A DNA stretch of 64,000 nt from Leptogorgia sarmentosa (Eukaryota), in the NCBI GenBank assembly GCA_964658305.1, contig OZ210884.1:992001-1056000 (forward strand), given 5' to 3'. The position numbers and the translations under genes are program-made. This document shows, piece after piece, positions 34,742 through 49,107 of this stretch. The notes under the pieces were generated by a model. That model was given only the letters and a program-made list of their open reading frames with translations. It was not told where the DNA came from and did no database searches. The stretch's first letter is position 1; each line of letters opens with the position of its first letter.

Positions 34742-37700
34742 TCACGACATCTTTTTATTTTGATTTTCATCTTTTTTATACAATCGACGATTTTCTTGCT
34801 TTCCGTCGTGAGGTTTCTTCTTTGGAGAAAGATAAGCTCCTAGGTAGAACTTTGAAAACAGCAACAGCAGGGTGATCATGTAGAACAAAGCCACGGCCGG
34901 CATCCAAGGAGGATATATGGAACTACAGTTGGTTGTTATCACGTAGATCGAATGAACAAAGATAAAGCAGAATTGGAACTGTATTAAAATAGAAGAATAA
35001 CCCACATTAATATTACACCTAACTGGATTTGAAGAAAATTTCGAGGTGGCTGGATTATAAGTATAGGTAATTAGCCTTTCAAGCGCCATGCGACCAGGCC
35101 TTAAAATCCGCCATTTTTGGAGAACAAAATCATTGTTTTTGTCGATTATTTGTTACCAAAAGATAAATTTTTCGCTTGTAAACAATTGTTTACTAATGTC
35201 ACTTGGTTACTTCACTGCTGGTGTTAAGAATTTGAATTGAACTGGAAAATATTCTCATCTAAATACTCGCCGAAAATATTTTTCATCGCGTATTTTCTTG
35301 GCGAAATTTCAAAATTTTGTGCTGAAACTTCACATATACAGTAGTTGGCGACAGTTACGTATTTACTAAAATACGATAAATCTGGTTCAAATGTTGTTTA
35401 TACAAAACAAAATCAACCTAATTCAACCATTTTGCCACCCAAAAATGGGGGATTTGAGGCCTGGTCGCATAGCATGAGAAAGGCTAATAGAATGGTTTCG
35501 AGTGCAATTTGGATAAAGCACGTAAAAGTGAGTTTTTCAAAGACTTATAGATCGATAGAGCCACGGCTACATGGACGATACTTCAACGCACGGTTTTTTG
35601 AAAATGGAAATCGTAAACACAAAACAAGGACAAATATTTTTAGAACTCGCGTAATGCCAAATTTCACTCTCACTGACTCATGATCTCACTGATCTCATTG
35701 ACTGGATAACAGTTCGTCCTGCCCATAGAAATGATGGACATAGAATGCGTACTCCTATCTGAGCTCCCATCTTTTCGCAATCAAAATTCTTTTCTCAATC
35801 AAAATTTTGTCTCCACAAAATGGCGGCCGAGTAAGGTGAGGGCAATTTTTAAAGTAAGGGCTTTTTGTGTTTCTGCTTTTGCAGCCTAATGCCGAACATA
35901 CATTTGGCATTGGTGTTTTATGCAAAACATTACTTGTTTACAAATGTCAGCAATAGCACTGAGACCACTCGCTCCTGGCTAAGTTCAACATGGCGGCGAT
36001 GTATGGGCGAAAAAGAGTGGAGAGATGATTCGTGACCAAGTCCTTATTCCATATGTATTATTCTGTACGGTCCTGCCGTGTGTTTTACCCGACAAAATTA
36101 CACAGGAGAATATCGAGTTGACTCGTTAAAAAATGTATAACTAATTGAAATCATCGCGTGAAAAGATTTGGTTTCAAAGTTCCAGTTACTGGCAATTGAC
36201 GACTTGATCCTGGCTAAGGTACGCCCAACCAACAAGTTCCAATTTTCAACTTACCATTTGAAATTGAGTTAAATATTTCTTCCACCAAAGATACTTTCGC
36301 AATGGAGGGAACATACTCAGTCCATAATAGGTATACATTATCACATGAACAAGAGAATTAATGATAGCTGGTATAAATGCTGAAACGTAAAGTTAATAGA
36401 TAGGTTACGATATCGCGATTTCCACAAACAAATATCAATTGTATTATTGACAGATAATACGTGTCTTTAACCGACAATATCGAGTAAGATTTAGGTTCTC
36501 GCACAAATACGGCCTCCAGTCGCTCCAATTATGCATAGCAGATGCATTATCCAGTCTTAGGTACAGATCAGTGCTTATTGAAGACTCGAAAGAATCTTGA
36601 AGTCCTAAAAATCCCGTTCTGTTCACACGAGCATTTTTTTTCTGCGCGAGTTTCTCCTTTTGATAGATGTGAACGAGTGAATTGATAACGAATGTGCTGA
36701 GTGCGTGTTTCCGCACATCAACATTTTGGGACTGGTTTACTCGTTCACATCCGTCAAAAGGAGATAATCACACTAGAAATTGTAGCTCGTGTAAACGGAC
36801 GTTAAATCCTGAGAAACATTCAACTAGGTAAACGCGACATTTTCAATACTATAATGGTTACATCAACCTGAATGGATTATAGCTAAGAACTTACATGTTC
36901 CACCTGCAATCCATTTTGTACTCATCCACCATACCAAAACTACTGAGCAATGATGATAAACATGAAGGAATGAAACTTGGTTCTCTTTCTTACGTAGGAT
37001 GAAAATAAACTGTCAAAATAAATAACAGAGATCTCACATTCCCAATCTCTTCTCAGGTGGAAACAAATCTCAAACTTATACAGCGTGTCCCCCAAAAAAG
37101 TGACGTCTATAGAAATCACTCTTTTGTTGTTAATCTCGGGTTATTGCAACTCTGGAAATTTAAATTAGCTCACTGACGAACAGCAACAAAAACGCGTGCT
37201 GTTATAAATACTTTTGTCGTTCATGATCCATTCAATTATATTCTTAAAGGCATAACAACGCACGTTTGACAACAAAAGAGTTGATTTCTATAGAGGTCAC
37301 TTTTTTGAGACACCCTGTAGTGTCTTAATTAATAGCCCAGACTTATAGTGTCTTAATAGACCTTCAGCGTCTTTTGTTTTGTTTTGTATTTTACGCAACC
37401 CTTATTATTTCATTTTTCGACTGAGGTTAAAAGCGATGTAGGAAGGTTTAAAGACGATTCAAAATTTAATTCGGAGTTCAGTTAAGTTTAATGCTAATGC
37501 TGGGCTCAGGGTAATGGATAAGATTCAGTGAGAGATTTACAATGGCTAAAGCTCCTTTTACATGACCAAATTTTCTTAGTCAAATGTTTTTGGCCGTATA
37601 TATTAGCAATTTTTGACAATTTCTTTTTGAAAAATGCATGAATTCAAAGAGATGGCTGGTCAGCCGTTCAGCAAATGCATTTGACCTAAAAAAAATTTGG

Positions 37701-40443
37701 GCGTGGTGCGGGCTCCCATAAAACTCTTGGATTTCAAAAAAAATCTATTAAAGCTGTGCCTTAGTCAACCTAATCTTTCGTGGTCATTTTCGGCGATCCT
37801 AAGCCCCTCGTGAGGTTCGCCCACCCCTCAAGTTTGATCATGGATCATGTGGTAGATCGTATAAGCATGTAGCTAAGAATAAAAAATTCATGCTCCACGC
37901 CCTAACCTTATGGCAGGGTGGACAATTTCCACAATTTCCACAAAAATTGGAAACACAATCTTAAACAGAATTAGAAATTTCTTTACCGTATCGACCATTT
38001 CAAAGTATTTGGATAAATAATGCAACCAGAGTACTCTTGCTATCTGCAAATAAAGATGACAAAGATATGATCGTGTGAATGAGGTAAAATGGATTTCTAT
38101 TCCTACAACCTTTTCCTATCGCTAATTGGCTAAAAAAAGAACGCGACATCGCCTGGCTTGAAAATGGAACAACTGGCAATGTATTTTATTTTTAATCTTA
38201 CCTCCATTTCCAAAGGATTATCAAACGAATAATTCACAGCTTGGCACGAAATACTGTAATTTGCTCGTATGACACAAACTAAAATCTAAATGCACGAAAA
38301 TATTGGAATGAGTGTTGCCTGTATTACTTTCGATTTTTTTATGGGCCCATTTTTAACATCATTAAATTTTACAAAATATTATCAATAATATATAAAGAAT
38401 CCTGTTCACAATTTAATACAACGTTTACGTATACGTAGCAGTTTTGTGTGTAGTTTTACGTGTACGTGTAGTTTTGGAACGCGAATGTTTCGTAAGTGTC
38501 GTCACCTTAATTAACGCGACGCAAATTATGCAGCCTAATGTCAATTAGAACATGTCAATCTACTTGCGCCCAGGGGTTCGAGTTTTAGTTTGTTGCGTGA
38601 CCCTAGGAAGGTCATTCTCTAGTACGTTTCGTCGTGTAAGGACAAGGTTTTCTATCTGTGGACACTATCGTCATAGGAATAGCTCTGAGCCTCTGAAACA
38701 TTCGAAGTGAATCAAATATCGAAGTATTTCTATCTACATCGTATTCTGCGTACTCGCAGTGGTTTTCAAGCGATATGTAGTTAAAGTCATTGGTGCGCGT
38801 GTAAACCAAGGTGAGTACACATTTTGACCTTTCTTGTTCATTGCAGTTGTACTTCTTATATGCTGTTAAGTGATTTAGTTATTGCATGTCCGTGTTCATT
38901 TGTCTACCATCTATCGAGTTCGTGTAATCTGCGCACCATTCACCCCGTTCTAGTCTATTCTCTACGATTGCCTATAGCATTAGGAGAGCATGTATTTCCA
39001 CACGATTATTATTAATAACATATGGCATTAGCATAACTATTATGGTATTTATTCATATCAAAGATATAAAAGCAAGGTGCTCGAAGAAAGTGGTCTTCTC
39101 AGACGCCACTAGGCAACAACTGAATTTTTGTTCAAACTAGATCGCCTTGTCGGATGGCCCGACCCAGATTTCCTTGCACTGTGGGGTTTTTCCTGACCTC
39201 GCAGTATTGTGGTTATTTCGGGAGAGCCTTGCGAATTGTGTAAAGATAGCTATTGAGCAATTTTTGTAACATTTTATACAACTGTAATGGTAGTTGTACG
39301 CAATAAATAGCGCCCACACGTGGCAATAATTACACTCCAGTTATGTGCCGTGTTTATCTTTCATGATGTACAGTTTTATCCTACATAAGTATGGAATATG
39401 GGTATGTTGAACAAGCTGTGAACGTTTGAGAAATATGGTGCACGTGAAATTTGTGAACAAACCATTTTTAACGTGTCTATTAGCAACACACTGGCATTTC
39501 CTGCACCCCAAAGATTAGATTTTGGAATAAATTTAGTGCCAGTGAGATTACAATTAAGAAGGTTTTAACCTACCTGCATGGGCTGACTGAATGTTTCCGC
39601 AAATTTGCGGAATTTAAATTTTGCGCGTTCGTTAATTTACGGAATATATTGTGCAACTGTAAAGTCTTTTAAAGTCCTGGGGCCAGTTGTATAAAAACGT
39701 AGTTAAGGTTAACTATAGTTAAGTGCGAAAATTGACCAATCAGAAACGCGTATTTCAAAGTTAACTACCATTTAACTACGAAACGGGTAGTTTCGAGTTT
39801 TATACAACCGGCACGCACCTTTAGAAACATGTACGTACTGAGACCGACCGCCAAGAGGTTGTATAAAACCATGACGAATTTAAGATCAAATGCTGGCCGG
39901 TTCTTCATGACTTTTGGTCCCAGTACAACGATTGAGACATAGCACAAGATACCAAGAATTGGATTCCAGACACTTTGAACCAATGGCCAGTCCTTTACTC
40001 TAGGATCTTGAATTAGATTTAACAAATTAATTTTCAAAGAGTCAAGACTTGATGTATCAGTTTTTGTGTTCAATATACTACATGCTTAAGGCAGTTGAGA
40101 TTATTTGAATTCCCTGTGCTTGTCGAATATCACTAACGCAAAACCTCGACCTGTGAGACCCCGTTTACACGGTACCGAATTCACGTAGTCACGCCTGGGT
40201 ACGAGGTTGTCACGACAATGATTTCGGTGAGTTTAAGGTTATTTCTACTTCTCCCACTTTTTCTATGATTAGTTGTTATTAAATTCTATCTGAAATATTA
40301 TCACTGATTTAAGAGCCACACTCGTCTTGAAACTCCAAACGCTCTTTGGACTTTACATAATTTAAAACTTTGATTAGCATCTTACCGCTGGCGTTCTCGG
40401 CTTGGTTGATGATATCCTGCACGTTTGATATAATTTTTTCCAT
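34742..40443 (-). CDS. ELOVL: Elongation of very long chain fatty acids protein (ELOVL4/7-like), 7 exons, 287 aa
   Basis: Exons 40386-40443, 39819-40006, 38202-38285, 37987-38043, 36895-37009, 36255-36379, 34742-34978 (864 nt, all GT-AG, in phase). Motifs [57 protein letters not shown] and a C-terminal KKMS ER-retrieval signal. The subfamily is uncertain. Confidence 0.93.
35087..35470. mobile_element. MITE with atgcgaccaggcct / aggcctggtcgcat termini
   Basis: 14-bp terminal inverted repeat. A partial relative lies at ~28829-28960. Confidence 0.65.
37081..37317. mobile_element. Tc1/mariner-type MITE
   Basis: cag.gtgtc..aaaaaagtgac.tctatagaaatca..cttttgttgt terminal inverted repeats flanked by TA. 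Confidence 0.8.
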
Positions 40444-43400
40444 TGTGTAGATCTAAAACTAAATCAAGGGCACTATTAGTTAAATATATTAGATCTGACT
40501 TCGTCCCGTCGAATGGTTATTTAAACAATCGCCGGACAAAGACAAATTATTAACTCTAAGGGAATGGATCCGGGCGTGTTGTCTCAAAACTTCAATGTTC
40601 AACTACTCTTTTGAAACGAAGTGGTTAAACTAATATTCTGCAGTGAGAGTTAGACCCTGCCGTTCGCCGTTGAAATAAATTCGTTTTTTTAAATAAATTT
40701 ATTTCACGTAAACGTGAAATAAATTCTTCCATATTAATCACTATAAACATATATTTAGTATGTTTAGAATCAACTATACGGTAATTTCAATAGTTTAAAC
40801 ACATTTCCATTGTCAAAATGTATGGATTTCGCTCTAATTTAGGTGTTATTTTGTCGAGTTTATTCTGTTGTTTAATTCCTGACGGCAAACCCAGGAGAAA
40901 TTAAGCTTAATGCACCGTTCCATTACTTCCATAAAAGTCAAACGTAAACGGCAAACGGGAACCTCGTGTTTGACGTTTCGTGGAATACGCGAAGCTTAAA
41001 CTCCCTTATTTAAAGTGCCTATTGTTGGAATTGAATTGGACGCGCGAAAGAAATTTGACGCTCACACCAGACCTAAGCTTACAGGCTGCCCCTAAAAAAT
41101 TCCGCCTCGGGGAATTCATTGGTGCTATAAAGACATGCTTCGAGGAGAGCCCCCCCCCCCCCCCCTCCCCCATCTTGAAACTTGAGATATGCGGGGTTTA
41201 ACGCCTCTCCTAAACTCGCTTGCTAACTTTTTGCTGCGAACTTGCTCAGCTGGTAATACGCTTCAATGGGAAGCTGGACCTCTGTAATGAATCCTCTGTG
41301 GCTCAGCCTAGCGGGAGGGATGACTTTAGAATGGTCTAGGGCAAATTTTATTTCTGTTTAATCTCTAACCGAAGCGAAATCCCACAGGTTTGATCTCGTC
41401 TGGGTCTCATGTAAACAGATCTTTTATAGAATCCCATGGAATTTCAATTAAAACAGATACAAAAAAAACCTCAATTGAGCCTTAACTTGGTAAAGTCAAC
41501 AGAAAATTGGCAATACGTTTGGCAGGAGAATCTCACGGTCAAATATTCCTACGTGACGGAATGTAAAATATTTTAAAATATCGGAGCAACATTGCTTCCG
41601 ATTGACTGTGGAATAATTATTTTGATGTTATGCGCAAATGTTGGATTAAGGTATAACGTTTACACGGGAACGATTCGCAGTCTGGCGTATGTAATCGAGT
41701 GACCAGCGGTGAAGAAGTCGCATTTCAAATTACGAAGTCGAATTTTGAGATTCTTACGTGTGTAATGTGTATGCCACTGAGCACAAAGAAATCCTTTGTC
41801 TGACCTATACATTAGTGATCTTCGTTAGCTGTATTGCCTATATATTCATAATGTATTAATCGCAGTATACTACTGAGATTAAAAATGACCTTATTTCGTA
41901 ATACTCATATTGGGCGGTTTAGCGACTTTAGCTTCGTGTCAAGCGTCGAATTCTAGTCGCATCGAATTCGAAGTATGAAACGGTCGTGTACTTGATTATT
42001 GCCAAAGAAAAAAAAAACAATGGGTTTATAAGTCTGGAAGGAATAAACAAGTTTAGATTGATGAAGCGAACGTCAAAGCGGGATGATATAGAAATGGCGA
42101 AAGAAAGTGATGTAAAAATCGCGTGCTGTGCCCATCTATGGATATATACCACGCTTCGAGTGTATTTTCACGTTTTTAATACAATAAAGTAAGAAACAAA
42201 TTCCGAAAAGGCAGGACATCTTGAGAATACAATATATGATTCAAAACAAGACGCAGTTTGATACTGTAAATTTTCGACTCTGTTACAAAGTCATCTTCAG
42301 ACAGAATGAAATACAATACTTTACACAACACATATATATACAACGCAGAGAGAGAGAGCATCTGTCATGTGGGCGGAAAGAAGGATTATCCAAGCGAAGC
42401 GAAACATGATAAAGAAAATAGTAATGACTGAAAATGGAAAATTAAGCTATATTTACAACAATGTTTAATATATTAAAAGTATTAAGGTAGAAAGAGAAAA
42501 AGAGGAAGACCCGACATGTAGAAGAAGATACAGTTAAAGTGTTATGTGAACAGTTGTAGTTCTTTACTAGCTTTAAGTCCAGTGTTAAGAAAAGGTTTGT
42601 TGTGTTTGATAAGCAGCGCTTCAAGAAAAGCAAGAATGTTGTAGTTGTTAGATTTTGTAATGTTAAGTATTCTGTAGTATTCTGTAGTATTCTGTAGTAT
42701 TCTGTCATGGGTTTTTTTTTTGTATGTAGCTACCTCGGTCCAAAACTCTCTAATATCAATTCGGAATGAAGTTCACTTCAAGTTTGGTTCGCATGTTGTA
42801 AAGTCGAATTCGACGGTCGTTATGTGCTTTGGAACAAGCAACATGCAATTTAGTTCTCCCTGTAGGAAATCTGTATTCTGTTTCATTCCATGGCCAGAAT
42901 GACATTTCGACTATTCTAGATGACAACATCAGCATTTCATTTCGGATCAATATCGGAATGAACTCAAACTGGAATGAGTTGTAAATCAGTTGGGATCTAT
43001 TTGTAAACAAATCTAATTTAATCTCGCCGCATCATATACATATATAAACTTATATATGAAATAATGAAAGGAATTAGTTCAATCCGGATTGTAACTTAAT
43101 AGTTAATCCTTATCCATGTAAACACGCCCTCAGTTTGACAGTTTGCCGACTCCTCCGTGAATCGTGATGTGTGTATAAATAATTTACACCGTTCGTACGG
43201 CATGCAGTTAAAGGCCTTTATTTATGTGTTACAATATTTTCGTGACCTCTGTTGCTAGACCATTGAATAAACAACGAATTATCAAAGCGAACATGATTAG
43301 TTTAATTCAAGACAATAGAGACTAAACATTGCCAACACTACATCATTATTATACACTGGAGAGTTGCAATGTTTGGGAGCAATAGCGTTTGTCTTCGTAT

Positions 43401-44811
43401 CACGAGTCTAGAGAAATACTATAGCGTTGAATATGTACAGATGCAATGCTAATTTCGCAGCTGTACCTGCCAGTATAGAAACATATAGTAAATTAGACAG
43501 CAGAATATATATGTAGCAAATAAACTTCATATTTTATATGAAAGGTTCCTTGAAATAAACACGTACCAACCTTTTTAAAGACTTGCGGGGTGTTGTCGAA
43601 CACTGCAAACGAAAATGGCAACTCTGAACAACTCCTGAAGCGAACTTCGGTCACGAACGAATAAAAACCATGTGAATGCCAGTGTATAGGCTTCAGTGTA
43701 ATCTTATACTCATTCAATATTTGTGCGTTAATCGTATGGAAAATTGCTCAAGATTAGCATATGTATGATGTATGACGGTTACGCAATTATCATTGACAGG
43801 TTGGCGGAGTCAAGTGCTTTTGTTGCGTTCCGCCCCCTTAAATAACTATACAACGGCCTAAAATAGCAATATATATGTGAGCGAACTTTATACAATATCA
43901 TGATATTCACTCTTGTTTCATAATTATGCGGATGTTGGGGAAATATTTAACAATATATGTTTGGGATTTAGCTAGACTGATAACGCAGACATACATCTCA
44001 TCTTGTAGTGATCTTGATTATAACACAATACGCTAATTTCAAGTCCAAACACTCGAAACGTATTGAACAAATCCAAAATGTGCACATTACTGTCGGCTGA
44101 TTCTGAAATGTTCAAAGTTTTTATGTCAGATTTGCGGCAGTGATGAACGCGAGGCATAAAGTTATTTGGATTATTTAAAAATGTGTGAAATATTTCTCAC
44201 TTAAGCTAATGACTTTTTTATCAAACGCTTCATCAGTTGGCGTCTGTGCAGAACTGTGAATGCAAATAACTTACACGACTACGGGGAACTCAAGTATCAG
44301 TATGAGGCATTAATGCGTGATCAACAGGATGTTACAATAAACCCAAAAGAATTGCAATACACAATTGTTTGAATTGGAATCCCTAGCACTGATCAACTGA
44401 GCTGAACAATAAGTCTATGATGCATAAAAATTTCATGGGGCGATTAGTGATACAGGGACACTGACATGTTTCATATTCAAATTGGCGACACAGCAGGCAT
44501 ATCGAATTAAGCGAATACTGTGCCGTATACTGTGGCAAAGACAGCCCAACGATTTGATCATTCTATGCAAATTTTAGATTATTTATTTTTTCAGCCTCAA
44601 ATTGATTGTACTCACAGTCTTTAAACATAGACTGAATATTAGCATTGGGATTGGGTGACCAAATTGTGGCCTGGCTTCGTCATTGATTGTATAGTCCCTT
44701 GGTTTCCCTTGGTAATAATCGTTGGCATTCACGGATTGTAGACAATTAACGGCTTTTGATGAATAAATGTTATCATTACATTTACGTGCGTCTGCATCGA
44801 GTTGTTCAATA

Positions 44812-45043
44812 CAGGGTGTCCCAAAAAAGTTCCCTCTATAGAAATCACTCTTTTGTTGTTAATCTCGGGTTATCGCACTGCAAATTTTAAATTGGCTTCT
44901 GACGGACAGCAACACAAACACGTGCTGTTATAAATATTTCTGTCGTTTATGTACCACGAGAATTCAATTCTCAAGGGTATAAAACGCACGTTTAACAACA
45001 AAAGAGCTGATTTCTATAGAGGGACCTTTCTGGGAACACCCTA
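44812..45043. mobile_element. Tc1/mariner-type MITE, second copy of the 37081-37317 family
   Basis: Colinear similarity with 37081-37317 and the same TIRs. Confidence 0.8.
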
Positions 45044-45770
45044 TGAGCTGATAAATGCCGGTTAACTGCTGTCATTATTTATTGAAAATAATTCAAGATT
45101 TCCGATTGGTAACAGATGTAGTTAAAATCGTCATATACGTCCGGTTACGAACACGTATATGACATTGTGACGTAATTTAGACGTATATTTAAAGAATATG
45201 TTATACGACATTATGACGTAATTGGTCACATATTGAAAACAACTACATGACATGACGTCATACTAATTATTCTGCTTATGCCATAATCGGGAAAATACGA
45301 ATGGCTTCCGCAAAGGAAAGTTGTAGATGCGAAGGTTTATCCTACGTCTGAAAGAGATAATAAAACATATTTTGAGTTCGGTCCTCGTAAGATATAGGGA
45401 ATTATTGACATTATTTTGAGCACTCCTTTTGGAATAGAAAGATCCTGGTTCGCGAGGCCATATGACCACCGAAATTTATGACCATGACCTGCAGATCCGC
45501 AGATGCGCAACCTGTGCGCATGATTGACATCCAGTTAGAAATTTCAAAACGTTCGTAACTCTTGAATTATTCCAACACGTCTGTTTTGTTAGCACTGCAA
45601 ATATCTGCGTTATGTTCTATAGGAAAACCTGTTAGCTAATAGAATGACTTCAAGGCTTGGTATTCTGGGTTAAATTCCAGGGGTCACGCAAAACATCTGT
45701 GACTTAAGCTGAGGTTAAACAGGACAATTTTCAACGACGATTCATAATGCAAAGTTGCAAGAGATTTGAT

Positions 45771-46731
45771 CATTGAACTAAAAATACCTGGAACGCTAAC
45801 TCCTATGATTTTCCCTATGATTGGCTGAAGCCGGCGCGCAAGAAAATTAACATTCAAAAGGACTGGGGAGAGTTCGAAGGAGCGAGAATTTTTTCACCCG
45901 GCTTGTTTTTGAGCAAAAATTGGCAAGAAATAAACAGTTTTTAATAGAAAAACATCAATGTTTTGGGCTAACACAAGGTTGCCTGTTTAGATCCAACTGT
46001 TTTACGTCCATCTGCCGCAAAAAGTGAGGATTTTTATTTATATATTTCAAAAAAATGACAAATGTTTTGATGTGTCAAAAAAAATTTGCTCTTCAACCGA
46101 CAAAAATATATATTATGAAACGTTTAAACAGTCCCAAACCTATTTTACAATAAACGCCAGGTATCCTTCTTGATTTTAAACGTTTTATTGCCGCTTTATA
46201 ACATTTAAAACATGAATAAATCGACGTTTTTCGAATGGTGTTATTTTCGGCTTCGCACGCAATTTGAGTACTTTGAATAAACATTGTTTTGGTCAATTTT
46301 TAAATGCATTTTTTTCGACTGTCAAACCTTCAATCTTCGCGAAATTTCGCACACAGATGTATTTTGCATAGGGTTAAATAATTCCTGAGGTTTGACGTCT
46401 TAGTTTCACGTCAGACTTTCAATAACTCAGAAAAAGTAACCAAAAACGCGCGGTTTTTTGGCTCGTTCATGTCAACAGTGGATTTTTTTCTTATTTTTTA
46501 GCCAATTTGCGATAAGTTTATTTTGCGAATATAAAATTTAATTATCATGCTATTAATTTAAGTTAATTTTAGTGGCTAACTACTATTTGGAGGCAAGATT
46601 TATGTGATTGAAAATGTGCTCATTTTGCTACAAAAATTTAAAAAAGGACTGGGCCTACCTACAAAAACAGCTTCAAACACGGCTTCAACTTCCCCCCCTG
46701 ACTTAGCGTTCCAGGTATTTTTAGTTCAATG
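45771..46731. mobile_element. Non-autonomous DNA transposon (P- or hAT-type)
   Basis: Perfect 29-bp TIR cattgaactaaaaatacctggaacgctaa and exact 8-bp TSD gatttgat (45763-45770, 46732-46739). No transposase ORF. Confidence 0.9.
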
Positions 46732-49107
46732 GATTTGATTGGTTTGGCAGCACATTCCAGTGGAAGTTGTCGATAAAATTCAAATTCCGTGTAACATCAG
46801 CTTTATAGGAATCGGCAAAATGATTCCGATATCGAAATATTCCGGACTTGAAACGAATTCGGAATTTTTTGGCCTGGTATAAACGGGGTTTCAGAAAGTA
46901 TTATTTTGACGTATTTCGTGTTTACTGCCAACTGTACTGCGCCTCTACAAAAATCACTTCAACGTTTAACGTTCAAAGTGCGGGTGCTTACGCAACGGAA
47001 GCGGTTTTCATCTAAGTAGCTTCCTAAGCTTCCAATTTTTTCCCTTTTTTTTGCTTTTGTCACGAATAACCAAAACACTTTAGTTGATAATTAGTATAGG
47101 TAATTGCATGGGCGGAGCCGGAATAAGCTTAATTTCGAACGTGTTTTCAAAGTTCGCAAATTGCCTGAGCCGCGAAGCGACAAGTGTCAACTTCGGGTTT
47201 TAGATTCGCCACTTCGAGCGGCACTTTATATTGATAAAATCAATGAACAAATAAACGATATACAAATGATATAACGACAAGTTATAAAATAAATCTGCTT
47301 AAAAATTTACCAGATTGCTTGAAACTAATCATTTGACGATTTCACACACGACAAATACTGCGAGGAAACATTTAAATATTCGACGTAAAATGAACACAAA
47401 AATGTTGTGAAATTAGACCAATCGGGCTTTAGTAATTTTGCCTTCTATCTTTTTCGTTAGAATCTTTTTACCTATGTACCTAGGCTTTCCAACTGTTCTA
47501 TCTTCTATTAAATTTAATGATACTTTTTTAAAATTCATTATATAGATTTAGATTAATATTGAAGACCCGGATGGCAATGAGCATTGAGCACGACGTGAAA
47601 ATGATGTGTTCTGCCCATATATGGATATGCCACGCCATTTTCACGTTGTCTTTGACGTCCGCGTCCTCGATCTAAATCTTATGTTATGACGTCACTTGTC
47701 TAGTACTAGTTGTATTATTTGCATATAAAATAAACAGCAAAATATCTAGGCAAGGAATAGAATTATGAAGAATTACAGAAGAAGTTACATTGTCGTTTAA
47801 ATTGTCTTTACCATGCAATAAAAGAAAATGCTGGCAAAATTAAATTTTGTTTCATAAGACTTCAAGTCTAAATCAGTCGGAAGGCAGCTTGATCATTTAT
47901 TCAGGCTGTGCAAAAATTTCCAACGCACACCGGAAATAATCCAAGATGGTGGAGTGCTTGCTAATTTAGAAGGTTTATAGGGCGGTGCGGCGGAGGCGAG
48001 GGTGTTTATCCTTATTACCCAACTAAAGTTTTAACCAAATCCCATGCACCTCCCAGTGCAAAAATCCCATAGTTCAATTGGCTACCCTGCTCAAATCTAA
48101 TTCTAATTTTTTTGCAGGTGAATGCCAGTCCCAGCCATTGAAGAGAAAAAGTTTTATATTAACGATTTCTTCAACTTTTTCCCAATCTTCCTAAGGAAAA
48201 TAAGTATTTTTTTTTACAGTTAATTTTTAAAGATGATTTTGTAGCCGAGTTTATGTGTAAATTCTGTTTACCCTGCTGTGAATCTTTTAATTTTTATCGA
48301 AAATATTGATTAACCTGTATGATTGCAACTTACAGCTGGGTAAACAAATTGAAAATTGCACACTTTTGATTAATGATGTATTGATGTTCCTACTCGCTAA
48401 TGGCCAAAACGCATGCATGAAAGAATGTCTCATTCACGCATTCTCCCAGAAATTCGAAAAACATATACGTTCAAACAGCGATGAGAATATACTGAACTTG
48501 ATGTACCGACGAGGGCACAAAAATATAGCTACAGAAAAAGTGAGAAAATTGTCAAATTAGTCGGCGCGCATTTCTTTTATCGTTTTGAGCTTCGAAATCA
48601 GCCTTTTTTAACGTTTTCTCAATGGTGCACGACGTACTGTTGCTGCAAACTTACTACAGACACTGATGATTTCTAAACAGAGGCAGTCGCCCCCCTGAAA
48701 TATTCAGAATTTCATTCCATTTAGGGGGCGAGTGCCTCTGTTCACAGTACTTGCTGAGTGACGAATCATGGCGAATACAGCTTATGCAAAAAAACAATAG
48801 AGATGGACTTGTGTGAGGTATTGTTCTGCGCTACTGATGCCAAATGCTAGTTATGCTACTGATGCCAAATCACGAAGGAACACAGCAACGGTGAACGGAC
48901 GAAATTATTCAATTGCACCTTTCCTACAATTTGTTTGCTTGGGTTCAAAAGTCCAAGCTGTGCAATCATGCCAAAATTCCAATGTAGATTAATTTTCATT
49001 CAGCCAATCATAAGTTAAAGTCGTTCACTTGTTTACACTTAGCATTTTTCAATTATGAAATAAACCATGCAGCACTTCTTTTAATTTATCGCCATTCACA
49101 ACACTGC

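Noticed and set aside
38591..39020. Possible solo LTR (TGTT...AACA)
   Set aside because: No matching target-site duplication and no second copy in the window.
42661..42706. (gtattctgta)x4 tandem repeat
   Set aside because: Ordinary short tandem repeat with no further structure.
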